Assembly: GCF_006345805.1 (NCBI RefSeq)
Contig: NC_043002.1
Location: 51,150,001 to 51,214,000, forward strand
Length of the DNA: 64,000 nucleotides
Origin: Octopus sinensis
Taxonomy: Eukaryota
Direction: 5' to 3'
Shown: in pieces, positions 23,573-34,487 of the stretch
How positions within the stretch are numbered: the stretch's first letter is position 1
Layout: each line of letters opens with the position of its first letter
Made by a program: the position numbers and the translations under genes
Notes under the pieces: model-generated
The model's input: the letters and a program-made list of their open reading frames with translations, nothing else
What the model was told of the DNA's origin: nothing
Databases searched by the model: none

Positions 23573-26500
23573 GATAAAACTTAGATAAAACTTAGATATG
23601 TTTCGACCAGAGATTGGTCCACACCATGTCTAACTTAATAGCACCACCTGATAGGATTATTCGAGTCCTGTTTAAGTCAAGTTTTGTTCAAGTAGTGAGT
23701 TCTTGTTGGGTGAGACGTATCCAGTTTTGTTCAAGTAGTGAGTTCTTGTTGGGTGAGTTGTATCCAATTATGGGTGGCTTATCTGGTATACTTTGAAGGA
23801 ATCTATCCAGAATCTGTTTGAAGTTGATGGGATCCTTTTCCTCTTTGATCTCCCTCGGGACAATGTTAAATAGGGCAGGGCCTGTTGAGGAAAAGAAATT
23901 ATGTTGCAGTGTACGTGTATGTTGTGATCTTGAATTTGGCAGGGGACGTATAGCCCGTGGTCCAAGTCTTGGATGAACCTTGAAGCTAATGTTTAGGTCG
24001 TTTGGGCAAAGTGGCGGTATATTTTCCACATCGTACAAATGATGTACCGCTCACGGCGACGCTGGAGGGAGTAAAGTTTCAAGGCTTTAAGGCGATCCCA
24101 ATAATCGAAAGCAGCCATGCCTTCAATTTGTTTAGTGAGAGCCCTCTGGGGTGACTCAATTCTGGAGATGTTTTGTCTTGTGTGAGGAGACCACATGGGC
24201 AGCAGTATTCAAGGTGTGGCCGTACAAAGAGGAAAAAAGTGGTATGATGACACCTTGTTCTCTGGACCGGAAAGTTCTTAAGATCCAGGAACTCATCCTA
24301 CGAGCTATATCGACCTTCTTGTTGATGTGTGCACTCCAACTGAGATCGTCATCAACAATTACACCCAGGTCTCTGATATTGTTAGAGGCTGTGAGCGGTT
24401 CCCCTGAAGGAAGAGAGTATGGTTGTTTTAGTGAGGAATTTCTTCAAAATGCATCAGCTCAAATTTCCCTCATTCATTTTGCATTTTGTTTCTGTCTGCC
24501 CATTGACTCACACTATAGATCAGACTGGAGTTGAGTTCGGTCTGCTTCTTCATTGACGATTTGCTGGAGCTTAGTGTCATCAGCGAATATTTTCACTTTG
24601 CAGTGATGTACGACACTGGAAAGGTCGTTTACGTAAATTATGAAGAGTCGGACCCAAAACAGTTCCCTGGGGAACACCGCTGGTGACTTTTGATGGGTTT
24701 GAGTGGACTCCATCACTACAACATGTTGTGTTCTATTCGCCAGGAACTGAATCCAGCGTAGAACTTTTCCACGGATTCCAACATGTGCCAATTTTGAGAG
24801 TAGGATGTTATGGTCTACCCCTTGAAACGCATTACTGAAGTCAAGATATGACGTCAGAGTTCGAACCTGTTCCCAAGGCTTTGAGTACATCTTCAATGTG
24901 GTGTAAGAGCTGTGTTAGACAGTCCCTGCCACAGCGAAAGCCATGCTGATTTGAATTTAGGAGTTTGTGGGTCTCCAGGAAGTCAGCTATCCTTGATCTT
25001 AACACTCTTTCAAACACTTTAATGATGTGGGAGGTGAGTGAGATTGGGCGATAGTTGACTGCGAGGGATCTGTTTCCCTGTTTGAAAACCCGGATGACCG
25101 ACTGGGATAGAAACTGTTTCGGTATATAACCTGCGTCTAACGAGTTTCTCCAGAGGTTGGTCAGAGGGACTGCAAGTTGATATCTACATTCCTTCAGGAG
25201 ACTAGCGGGAAATCTATCAGGGCCTACAGCAGAGTAATGTTTGACCTCATTTATTGCTGCTACGATGTCGGTGGCAGTGAAGGTTATGTCTGCGATTTTG
25301 TGTTGGGAGTCAACTTCGTTCGTTTCCCTCACGTCAATATCAGTGGGAACACTGAAGACAGAGCAGTATTGTTTCTGCAGTATTTCTGCCATTACTTTAG
25401 CATCGTGTTGGGGAATGCCGTTATCATCAATCAATGGCCCAATGGGTGAGACAGTGGTTCTATGCTTATTTGCATAAGACTAGAACACTTTTGGGTTCTG
25501 TTTGATGTTTTTGATTACCCATTGTTCCTCCACAGCTCTTTGATTTTCAATGGAGGTTTTCATGTTAGTCTGCAGATGAAGTTTTTCCAGCTCTAGTCTT
25601 TTCATTGTTGTTGAATGTGGATGTTGTGTGTGGGAATATTTTAATTGGTTGATTTTTTTGTTGAGTCTTTTGATGCGCCTGGTGAGTGTTTTTTTCTTTT
25701 TAGGGAGCCGGTTTCTGTTTGTGTTAGTAGATTTCTTGGGAGCGTGTTTAGAGCATGTATAGGTGACAATGGTTTCAAAGTGCTGCCACGCCGTCTCAAT
25801 ATGAGGGGAATTGAGAGTAAAAGACCAGTCGATGGAAGACAGATTCTTTCTGATTGTTCCCCAGTCCACTTTGTGGAAGTTTATGTTGTCAAATGGGTGC
25901 CATGGAGTGGGATTGGCTGGTTTGGTTTTTATATGTCGGGAATTAAGATTGCAGAGTACCATGTCGTGGTCTGAGAGGAGAGTTTTTTCGACTGAAATGA
26001 TGTGAACGTAGTGATTGGTCAATACCAGATCCAAGATCGTTTTATTCTGTCTCGTTGGTTCAAGCACTAGCTGAGTCAGGAAATACTCATCCATCAGATT
26101 AAAGAGCAGTTCTGCTGCTGCCCTATCTGATGTAGAGCACTTGCCTAACTTCGGAGTATTTGTGGGCCAGTTCACATGAGGGAGGTTAAAATCACCCATC
26201 ACTAGTATGTTTCCGGAGTGGTACTTCCGAAGGAAGGACTTGACTTTGCTAAGGCACTCTTCAAAGTACTTTAGAGGTGCCTGGGGAGGCCTGTAAAGAC
26301 CAACAATGGTTATGTCCTTGGCTTTGTTGTATAGTGATACCGATTCACAGTAGCCATTGGAAAATGTGTCCTTGGCATCAAGTGAAAAGGAGTCATGGAT
26401 AAAGATGGCTGTCCCTCCCTTATTTCGGTCTGTGCGATCCGCACGAACAATGGTGAAATCTTTTATTTTCACCTCTGCGTCCATATGGGTGTTGTTCAGG

Positions 26501-26870
26501 TGAGTCTCGGTAAGGATAAAGAAAGGGAAGCAATGTGCCATTTCGGCAAGCCAACTCTCTATATATGGGATCTTCCATTTTTGGGCAATAATTGATGGGT
26601 TGATGCCACGTACATTTAACAGGAATGTCGAGGTAAGGGAAGTTGGTAATGGGTGAGTGGTCCTTGAGATTTGCATAGATGGTTGGTGATGGCTCGCTGG
26701 ATCTCCTGGCTTAGGTCGGCCTTCATATTTTCCAGGTATGTCAGTAAAAAAGAGTTACTTGTTTGGTTTGCCACTTGGTTAGAGGATACATATTTCAAGT
26801 TGGCGTTATTTGGTGTTTTTTCGTGGTTCTGTCTACGTTGTTTGATTGTAGGAGGGGAAACGTGGATATA
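23573..26870 (-). mobile_element. CR1-like LINE, 5'-truncated (end of ORF1, decayed ORF2, 3' stem-loop and short-repeat tail)
   Basis: APE motifs NVRGI, TETHL, GLYRPP, MGDFNLP, PTR..LDLVLT and SDH in ORF 25480-26676. RT motifs YRPISLTSH, QHGFR, YLDFSNAF, LFIIYVNDL and FADDTK in 24513-25434. C-terminal LYSLQRRRERY and GPALFNIVP. 3' end has a GACCA/TGGTC hairpin and (TCTAAGTTTTA)2 tail. ORF1-like remnant at 26616-26870. Confidence 0.92.
23688..26676 (-). pseudogene. LINE ORF2 (endonuclease plus reverse transcriptase), fragmented by frameshifts and stops
   Basis: Collinear ORF-track pieces at 25480-26676, 24841-25434, 24513-24896, 23993-24196 and 23688-24038. Confidence 0.9.
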
Positions 26871-27078
26871 GATAATATATGTTTGTCTTTGAATGCGGTG
26901 TACTTATGATATGTAATGCAATGATATTTGACATAAGTTACTATCCATGGATAGAAAGGAGATGGCTGCTGTTGTTGCTGCTGCTGCTGCTACTGCTTCT
27001 GCTTTTGTTATTACTGCTTCTGTTGCTGTTGTTGTTTAACCCCAACTTAATTCTGATCGATTAGCCTTATGATAAAAG

Positions 27079-27648
27079 TCAACATTTAAATTTAATTTGC
27101 CAAAATATTTTCGTCGCTTTGAGACCGCAACCTGTTCACTAACGGGAATTCATACTATTATGCAAAAACAAATTTGTGTGTGATTAAAAGACGATTTAGC
27201 AGTTATTTTTAGTACATCTTACGATCACCGGATACCTCCCTTGTGTCTTTGTCACTCTGACATGCACTGATATTTTTTAATATTTTTCTTCTGATAAACA
27301 CAGTTAATGAAATGATGATGCTCGCAAGAGTAGTCCATTGATGGGATTTAAGCAAAATTGTTGGACTGTCTGTATTTCAAACTCTGATTTAAAAAGAAAT
27401 TCGAAAAAGAGTGTTACTTTTAGGATTTATGGAGGAAGGGTTTAAAATTAAAAAAAAACACTGTTTTTGCACAATCGTATGAATCCTCGTGTGTAGAACA
27501 CAAATTTGCCAAAGATTTCTAAAAATTGCAAAAGAAAAAGAACATATATATATACATATATATAAGAGGTGCAGCACGGAGTTTTATCAGTGAACAGGTC
27601 GCGGTCTCAAAGCGACGAAAATATTTTGGCAAATTATATTTAAATGTT
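27079..27648. repeat. 62-bp inverted repeats flanking a ~420-bp element (MITE-like composite)
   Basis: TCAACATTTAAATTTAATTTGCCAAAATATTTTCGTCGCTTTGAGACCGCAACCTGTTCACT (27079-27140) is the near-exact reverse complement of 27587-27648. Confidence 0.8.
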
Positions 27649-28217
27649 GAAGTGAATCTAACGGCTTTTGTGTGTTTCTTAAATGGCTTATAAACACCTT
27701 CCACGTTGCAATTGTTTTCGTTCCAGCACACGATCTCAGATCAGGTCACTTGCTATGCAAGTACATCTTCGTACATCTTTCTTTTTAAATAGCTGAAACT
27801 AAATTCTGGTATGCTTCTATTTTTGTAAACTGTAGAACGTGATTTTAAAGGAAATTTGGCAGCGATTTTTATTTCTGGTCACGCAGCGGTTTGAAGGCTT
27901 CCTCGTTAGTGGATTTGTCAGGCTTCAATTTTAGTTGACGTGTCAGGTCAGGTTCAATTCCTTGAAATGCCGATGGAAACATGTGTCTCGTAATCATGCA
28001 ATTCAATGGTTCTTCCTCAAAGCCGATAAATCGGTAACTGAAGTGGGTCTCTACTGAGCTTGTTCAGTGCGGTGGAGGATGTAAACACCCAGCAGGATAG
28101 CAAATAAATACATAAAACCAATGAAAGGCGGACGAGATTCTTGGAAGCTAATGCCACCCATATCCTGGGGACGAGATGGGACCACGAGCGTTCCGAATCC
28201 CAGCGAAACATTTGAAT

Positions 28218-28618
28218 GTTCTACACACGGGGATTCATACTATTATGAAAAGATATATGTGTGTGTAATTTAAAGACGCTTTAGCAGTTATTTTTAGTAC
28301 ATCTTGCGACCACCGGATACCTTCCTTGTGTCTTTGTCACTCTGACATGTACTGATATTTAAAACATTTAAAACATTTAATGAAATGATGATGCTCACAA
28401 GGGTGGTCCATTGATGGGATTTGGACTGTCAGTATTTCAAACTCTGATTTTAAAAGAAATTCGAAAAAGAGTGGAACTTTTAGGATTTATAGGGGAAGGG
28501 TTTAAAATAACCCTAAACCCACTTTTTTTGCACGATCGTATGAATCCTCGTGTGTAGAACACAAATTTGCAAAAAGTTTCTGAAAATTGCAAACGAAGAA
28601 GAAATATATATATATATA
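28218..28618. mobile_element. Second copy of the ~400-bp element at 27143-27560, with a 24-bp subterminal inverted repeat
   Basis: Collinear similarity to 27143-27560. TGTTCTACACACGGGGATTCATAC (28218) versus GTATGAATCCTCGTGTGTAGAACA (ending 28561). Confidence 0.7.
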
Positions 28619-28957
28619 GGTTGCTTAAACCAGAATTCCGATTTTTAATTCTATTCTGAAATTATCGAACTCCGTGTAAGGGAAATCGTAGACTGTGTGC
28701 AGTGGAAAAGATTCATTAAATAATTCTGATGTCCCAATGGCAGGAATATAATGGGAACGACTGAACTTTTAGTTGATGGTCCTGTTGTTAGTCATCATGG
28801 TGGTGATGTTAGCAATGACTGAAGTCGTTGTGATGGTGGTGTTAGAATACTGATATAAGAATTGAATTGGCTATTCTCGTTACTCTTGCTACTGTTATCG
28901 ATGTTGCTGTTGAGACGATGCCGACAGTAAGGGTTGATGGTCTGTTTTAGTGATGCC

Positions 28958-28996
<39 letters not shown>

Positions 28997-29873
28997 TGTT
29001 GTTGTTGTTGTTGTTATTCTTGTAATGTTCCATATTGTTATGTTGCCGTAGTCGTTATTGTTCTTAGTGCCTAAATTAAAACTGACACTAAAGAGAAACG
29101 AACTCTTCAGCATTTTCATACGCTCCGAAGTGATATCACTCACTCTGCAGTGATATTACACTTTTCAGAATAATATCACACGTATCCACGCACGCACAAA
29201 TACACTGACTGCGTTTCATACTTCTAGTTTCACTATCTACTTTCACTTTCTATTTCCTGTTTTCTCCCGCCTTCCCCTTTCATTCTCCCTCACTCTATCT
29301 CTTTCTCTGTTTCAGATATTCTATCACTTTCACTTCACTCACACACTCAACAACTCTATTTTCTTTCCGCCAACGCCACGATCAACACCAGAACTTATAA
29401 TAAAACAAACTGCACCGCTACTATCAACACCACCACTACCACCACCTTCAGCACCTCCACCGGTACTACTAACTCTACTATAAACCTCAGCCCATCATCA
29501 ACGTTATCCGTAGAAAGCAGCTTTCACCAAGTTTCATTGTCACATTTGAGAGCCGTTCATCTTGACAGACAAGTAGCTCCCTCTGTATTTCGCGCCACTC
29601 AGCTGTTTCTCGATCTCGCTTCAATTGTCTATATATTGTGAGAGACATGATTTGCCGACATTACTTTCGGAGCGGCTTGGCGGTGTAGCGGTGTGGTGGT
29701 GTGGCAGCTTTCTTAGAGGTAATGTTTGTCATCGTGATAGTGGTGTTGGTAGTAGTAGTAGTTACGGTGGTGGTGGTGGTTGCAGATATCATCGTCATGG
29801 TTGTAATATTGAGAGACAGATGAAGGTGGAAAAGTTTTTGCAGTTGTATTCGTGTGTGTGTATATATATATAT

Positions 29874-29906
<33 letters not shown>

Positions 29907-29919
29907 AATGTATGTATAA

Positions 29920-29991
<72 letters not shown>

Positions 29992-30025
29992 TGTGTGTAT
30001 ATATATATATATATGGATGTATGTG

Positions 30026-30083
<58 letters not shown>

Positions 30084-30085
<2 letters not shown>

Positions 30086-31006
30086 GTGTAATAAATAAAA
30101 TATATGCATACATACAAACATATATGTACGTACCGACATCTACATGTATATATACATGCATATATAATATATATATACGTACAGGACATCACAAGAAGAG
30201 AAAAATCAACAGAACGAAAACGGAGAAGACATTTTGTTACAACAGAAGGACAGAGACGTGGAACAAGACGAAACGAAAACGAAAACGGGAAAAACAATTA
30301 TGTGTAGCAGAAAAACGAAGTACAGGACATGCTACACAAGGAAAAATCCCCTTCATCAGCTGTCGCTAGCAGACACGTGTTTCGAAGGCAAGACAGAACA
30401 CGTAAGGTCAAGCTAGGCCTTCCTACGAGAGAATTAAAATAAAATATACTCGTAGAGGGGTAAACGAGCAGGAAAAATGTAACACAAAAAGGGATGTAAC
30501 AAAGAACTGCACAAAAAATACATACAAGAAAAAATAATACAAAATTAAAGATACATGTACACGAAAATACAAAACGAGAATTAAATTACAATACGAGAAA
30601 TCAAAAATAAACAAGAGAACAACGAAAAAGACGAACGAAAGCCTTTGTTCTGGCATAGACGAGAGGGTAACTGGCGAGCGCGAGGATACATGACCTTATG
30701 GCCTGAATGCAACAGGCGGAAAGGTTTAGCAGTGACGAAAGTGAGGAGAAGTAGGAGAGAGAGAGAGAGACAGAGGAAGACACAGGCTAGAGAGAAGGGT
30801 GAGGTAGAGAGAGCAAGAGAGAGAGAGAGAGGGGAAGTTAAAGCAAAGGGAGAGAGTTTTGCATCATTGTAGTAAACTGTAAAAACGGACAAAGAGGAGG
30901 GGACGGAACGAAGTGAGAATTCGAAAAATCGAAAATTCAAACGAACCCGACACGAAGCGCTGTCAGACAATAGTGTAATAAATAAAATATATGCATACAT
31001 ACAAAC

Positions 31007-31012
<6 letters not shown>
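30084..31012 (-). mobile_element. Unit bounded by 42-bp direct repeats, strongly strand-biased, with hairpins and a hammerhead-like motif (PLE-terminal-like)
   Basis: TAGTGTAATAAATAAAATATATGCATACATACAAACATATAT at 30084-30125 and 30971-31012. Minus strand contains CCTTC-GAAACACGTGTC-TGCTAGCGACAG-CTGATGA-AGGGG (~30345-30390). Confidence 0.45.
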
Positions 31013-31050
<38 letters not shown>

Positions 31051-31154
31051 GGAGTAAACACATAAATGTGAAACAAGTGGAAAAAAGAGTACTCAAATAC
31101 CAGTGGTAGAGCAATATGCTTTATTTAAAGCAGCAGAAAATTCACAAGATTCTA

Positions 31155-31206
31155 GCAAAAACTGTCTGATGAACGGCAACGAGAAACTCAGAGTAACAGA
31201 TTTTGT
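31155..31206 (+). ncRNA. Candidate minimal type I hammerhead ribozyme at the apex of a fold-back
   Basis: GCAAAAACUGU-CUGAUGA-A-CG-GCAA-CG-A-GAAA-CU-CAG-AG-UA-ACAGAUUUUGU. Stem I 11 bp with one A.A mismatch, GNRA-capped stem II with an A.A closing mismatch, stem III ACU/AGU, GUA cleavage triplet (cut after 31195). Confidence 0.6.
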
Positions 31207-31232
31207 TGAATTTTCTGCTGCTTTGAATAAAG

Positions 31233-31263
<31 letters not shown>

Positions 31264-31733
31264 ATATTTCGGAATTGTCATATTGCCAGTTTAGCCAATA
31301 AAAATACACGCACTATATATTTGATGTTATTTTGCTTCAGTGATATTTATTTTTTTACATTAATCTTAACTATTTCGGCCAAAGTTCTTTCGTCACACTC
31401 CTGTGACCGCATCAGTGGTCCTTTGTTTTCTTCTCACTTATTTGTGTCTCTCCTTACTAACCGTCAGCCATTTTGTGTTTCTATTGTATGTCTTCATTTG
31501 CGCATGCTTATATCTCTATGTGCGTCTATGTTTATTTAGTGTCTGTGTGGGGGGGGATGCCTGTAATATTTGTATCTTCTGTTTATATACATTCTTGTAA
31601 TTTGTATTTTGTTTTTGTTGTTGTTGCTTTTGTTCTAATTTTGTTCATGTGTTTACATCCCCCATTATTATCATTACATATGCTTGTATGTATGTATAAC
31701 ACAATATTAGTAATAATATAATAAATCTAATCG

Positions 31734-31765
<32 letters not shown>

Positions 31766-31863
31766 TACACACATATATACACATATACATACATAGATAT
31801 ATATACATATATATAGTTATTCATTTCTATTTCTTTAATTATCTGTGTATTTATTATGTTTGC

Positions 31864-32004
31864 AAAATAGAGATTAAGATATTGTCCACACATAGAACAG
31901 ATGCAACAATTAGACAAATTACAGAAGCTACACATATAATAGAAAATAAACCTAGCCTGAATAGAAAACTAGAATGGAGCAATAGCACACACCACAACAT
32001 ATGA
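31864..32004 (+). pseudogene. GIY-YIG endonuclease C-terminal remnant (PLE)
   Basis: Manual translation KIEIKILSTHRTDATIRQITEATHIIENKPSLNRKLEWSNSTHHNI* matches the R.I.EA..I...KP.LNR..E end of PLE endonucleases. Confidence 0.75.
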
Positions 32005-32482
32005 CGATAGTGGATCCTGCAAACATAATAAATACACAGATAATTAAAGAAATAGAAATGAATAACTATATATATGTATTTATATCTATGTATGTATATG
32101 TGTATATATATATATATATGTGTATATGTGTATATATGTGTGTGTATATATATATATATAATATATATATATATATATTTTTTTTTTTTTCGATTAGATT
32201 TATTATTATTATTACTAATATTGTTGTTATACATACATACAAGCATATGTAATGATAATAATGGGTGGATGTAAACACATGAACAAAATTAGAACAAAAG
32301 CAACAACAACAAAAACAAAATACAAATTACAAGAATGTATATAAACAGAAGATACAAATATTACAGGCATCCCCCCCACACAGACACTAAATAAACATAG
32401 ACGCAAATGAAGACATACAATAGAAATACAAAATGGCTGACGGTTAGTAAGGAGAGACACAAATAAGTGAGAAGAAAACAAA

Positions 32483-32527
32483 GGACCACTGATGCGGTCA
32501 CAGGAGTGTGACGAAAGAACTTTGGCC
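32483..32527 (+). ncRNA. Hammerhead-like motif with non-canonical core (mirror copy at 31377-31421, -)
   Basis: GGACCA-CUGAUGCG-GUCAC-AGGAGU-GUGAC-GAAA-G-AA-C-UU-UGGCC. Perfect 5-bp stem II, stem I with a bulged A, 2-bp stem III; A9 is replaced by CG. Confidence 0.45.
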
Positions 32528-32702
32528 GAAATAAGATTAAGATTAATGTAAAAAATAAATATCACTGAAGCAAAATAACACCAAATATATAGTGCGTGTG
32601 TTTTTATTGGCTAAACTGGCAATATGACCATTCCGAAATATAACAATATCTGTTTCAACACACGACTTCACATAAAAAATCTTGCACAACAAATATTTAA
32701 AC

Positions 32703-32746
<44 letters not shown>

Positions 32747-32752
32747 TATATA

Positions 32753-34029
32753 TGTAGGGGAGACCGTGTCTAGTTGTTACAAGCCCATTGTTTCCAACTT
32801 CAAGAAATCGGTGACACTCGGGTCTCTACCTCATGAAGGCCAGCTCCATAGCATCATGACTGTACATGTGTATTGCACTGGCGGGCTGTCACCAGGTAGG
32901 GTATGGGTCAAAAAACGATTTTTTACTCCAAAAGTGAAATTTTGCCACAAAGTTATTTTCTTAAGTACTAAAGGACAAGTGGTGTTACTGAAGTAGCTTG
33001 TGGCTCATTAGGAAATGTTGGAAGTTGCCTTCGATACATGAAAATGTGTTCTGGATGCTATGCATTGCTAGTCCTATGTACGGGGTAATCCCCAGAAATC
33101 CATGGTCGGAGCTAATTGTTACAGTGTATCAACTTACTCCAGGCCAGCTACACCAGGCCCAAGTTTTTCGGTGTTGTTACAAGCCCAGATATATTGCACC
33201 TATTAAGGAAGGCTTCCCTCAGGAAGACAGGTCGAAGTCGTTGAAATCGCAAGAGGTACCAAACGGCCATTCTAACCCTAACCCCCGTAAAGCAGCGCAT
33301 AGTGGATGAAATAAACGAAGGGAAATCCGAACCAAAGAAGGCAACTGCTACAGAAAAGGCAACAAAGGGGAAGGGAAAATCAACTAAAACAGATAAAGGC
33401 AAAGGGAAGTAGCCCCGCAGCAAGCAAGTCGCCGATTGGAAATGCCTTGTCTGCTCAGAGTGGTATTCCAACTCCCTTCCAGGTGAAGAATGGGTGTAAT
33501 GCATGATCTGTAAGGACTGGGCGCACACTAACTGTACCGATGGACGACAGGACTTTCTGTGTGATCTGTGAGTCGAGAAGCTAATGGAGGACGATTCCGA
33601 TTAGATGGTACGTGTAAAAGTGAGAAAATTGGTTGATGAGGACTCTCAGTATCACAGTTAGGATATGAGGTGGTTCAAAGCGCAGTTAATTAATTAAAAT
33701 AATATTTCCTAGATGCAAGAAGCAGGAGACGTATTCATTTTAAACTTGTTTGTTAACATAGTTCCGAGTTATCGACAGTTGTAACAAAGTACCCCAGTAT
33801 GTGTCATCACGTACCCTGCACTCGGGGAAAATTGTTTCAGCTGACACCGCCTCATTAATTAGAACCTGTCTAATTAATGTTATGTAATTTCTGTTTTTTT
33901 GTTGATAATAACAATAAATAGAGATGTTTTACTAATTAAATCTGAAAAGAAACTTCAGTTGTGTTCATTTATGTGGGTGCCAAGGCAAAAAATGAAAAAA
34001 TATAACGACTGGACCCCGTCTCCCCTATA
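32753..34029 (+). mobile_element. Internally deleted pogo/Fot1-like (Tc1/mariner superfamily) DNA transposon with PHD-finger C-terminus
   Basis: ~29-bp imperfect TIRs TGTAGGGGAGACCGTGTCTAGTTGTTACA and TATAACGACTGGACCCCGTCTCCCCTATA, with TA on both sides. Internal translation NRKRYQTAILTLTPVKQRI... and WKCLVCSEWYSNSLPGEEWV*CMICKDWAHTNCTDGRQDFLCDLCE (~33435-33570). No DDE domain seen. Confidence 0.8.
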
Positions 34030-34214
34030 TATATGTGTGTGTTTGTTCGTGTGTGTGTGTGTGTGGCACGTGTGCGCGTATGCATGTGGTATGGCTGTTA
34101 CTGCTACTACTACTGCCACTGCTGCATATATAGTAGGACCTGTGATAGCGGTTTGTTGTCGTTTTAGGTGCTGCTTGTTTAACCCCATATATGACCTGAC
34201 AGAGTACCTTTTAC

Positions 34215-34440
34215 CTTATTTTTACCTTTTATTTGTTTCAGTCATTAGACTTCGGCCATGCTGGGGCACCACCTTGAAGAAATATTAGTTGAATGGATCG
34301 ACACCGGTACTTTTTTTTAAAGACAACTACTTATTCTAGTGGGCTCTATTACCGAACCGCAAGGATACGGGGTCGTAAACACACCAACACCGGTCGCCAA
34401 GGGGTGAGTGGGGGATAAACACAGACAAAAATACACACAC
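34215..34440 (-). mobile_element. SINE family C, 3' part
   Basis: TTGTTTCAGTCATTAGACTTCGGCCATGCTGGGGCACC...GTAAACACACCAACACCGG on the plus strand. Confidence 0.75.
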
Positions 34441-34446
34441 ATGCAC

Positions 34447-34487
<41 letters not shown>

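Larger units (their letters stand above)
31256..32649. mobile_element. Penelope-like element end forming a ~1.4 kb palindrome (arms 31256-31864 and 32018-32649)
   Basis: The arms are reverse complements with only small indels and microsatellite length differences. The ~153-bp spacer encodes a GIY-YIG-like C-terminus. Confidence 0.85.

Noticed and set aside
23585-23640. CR1 3' hairpin plus GAAACATATC as a hammerhead
   Set aside because: The upstream core is only 4/7 identical and stem III is mismatched; better explained as the LINE 3' stem-loop.
29590-29650. Minus-strand TTGAAGC...GAAACAGCTGAG hammerhead-like motif
   Set aside because: At least three core deviations and no NUH; possibly an ancient relic but not supportable.
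31256-32649. Palindrome as an assembly artefact
   Set aside because: The arms differ by a ~22-bp indel, several substitutions and microsatellite lengths, and the loop is a meaningful PLE fragment. Long-read confirmation is still advisable.
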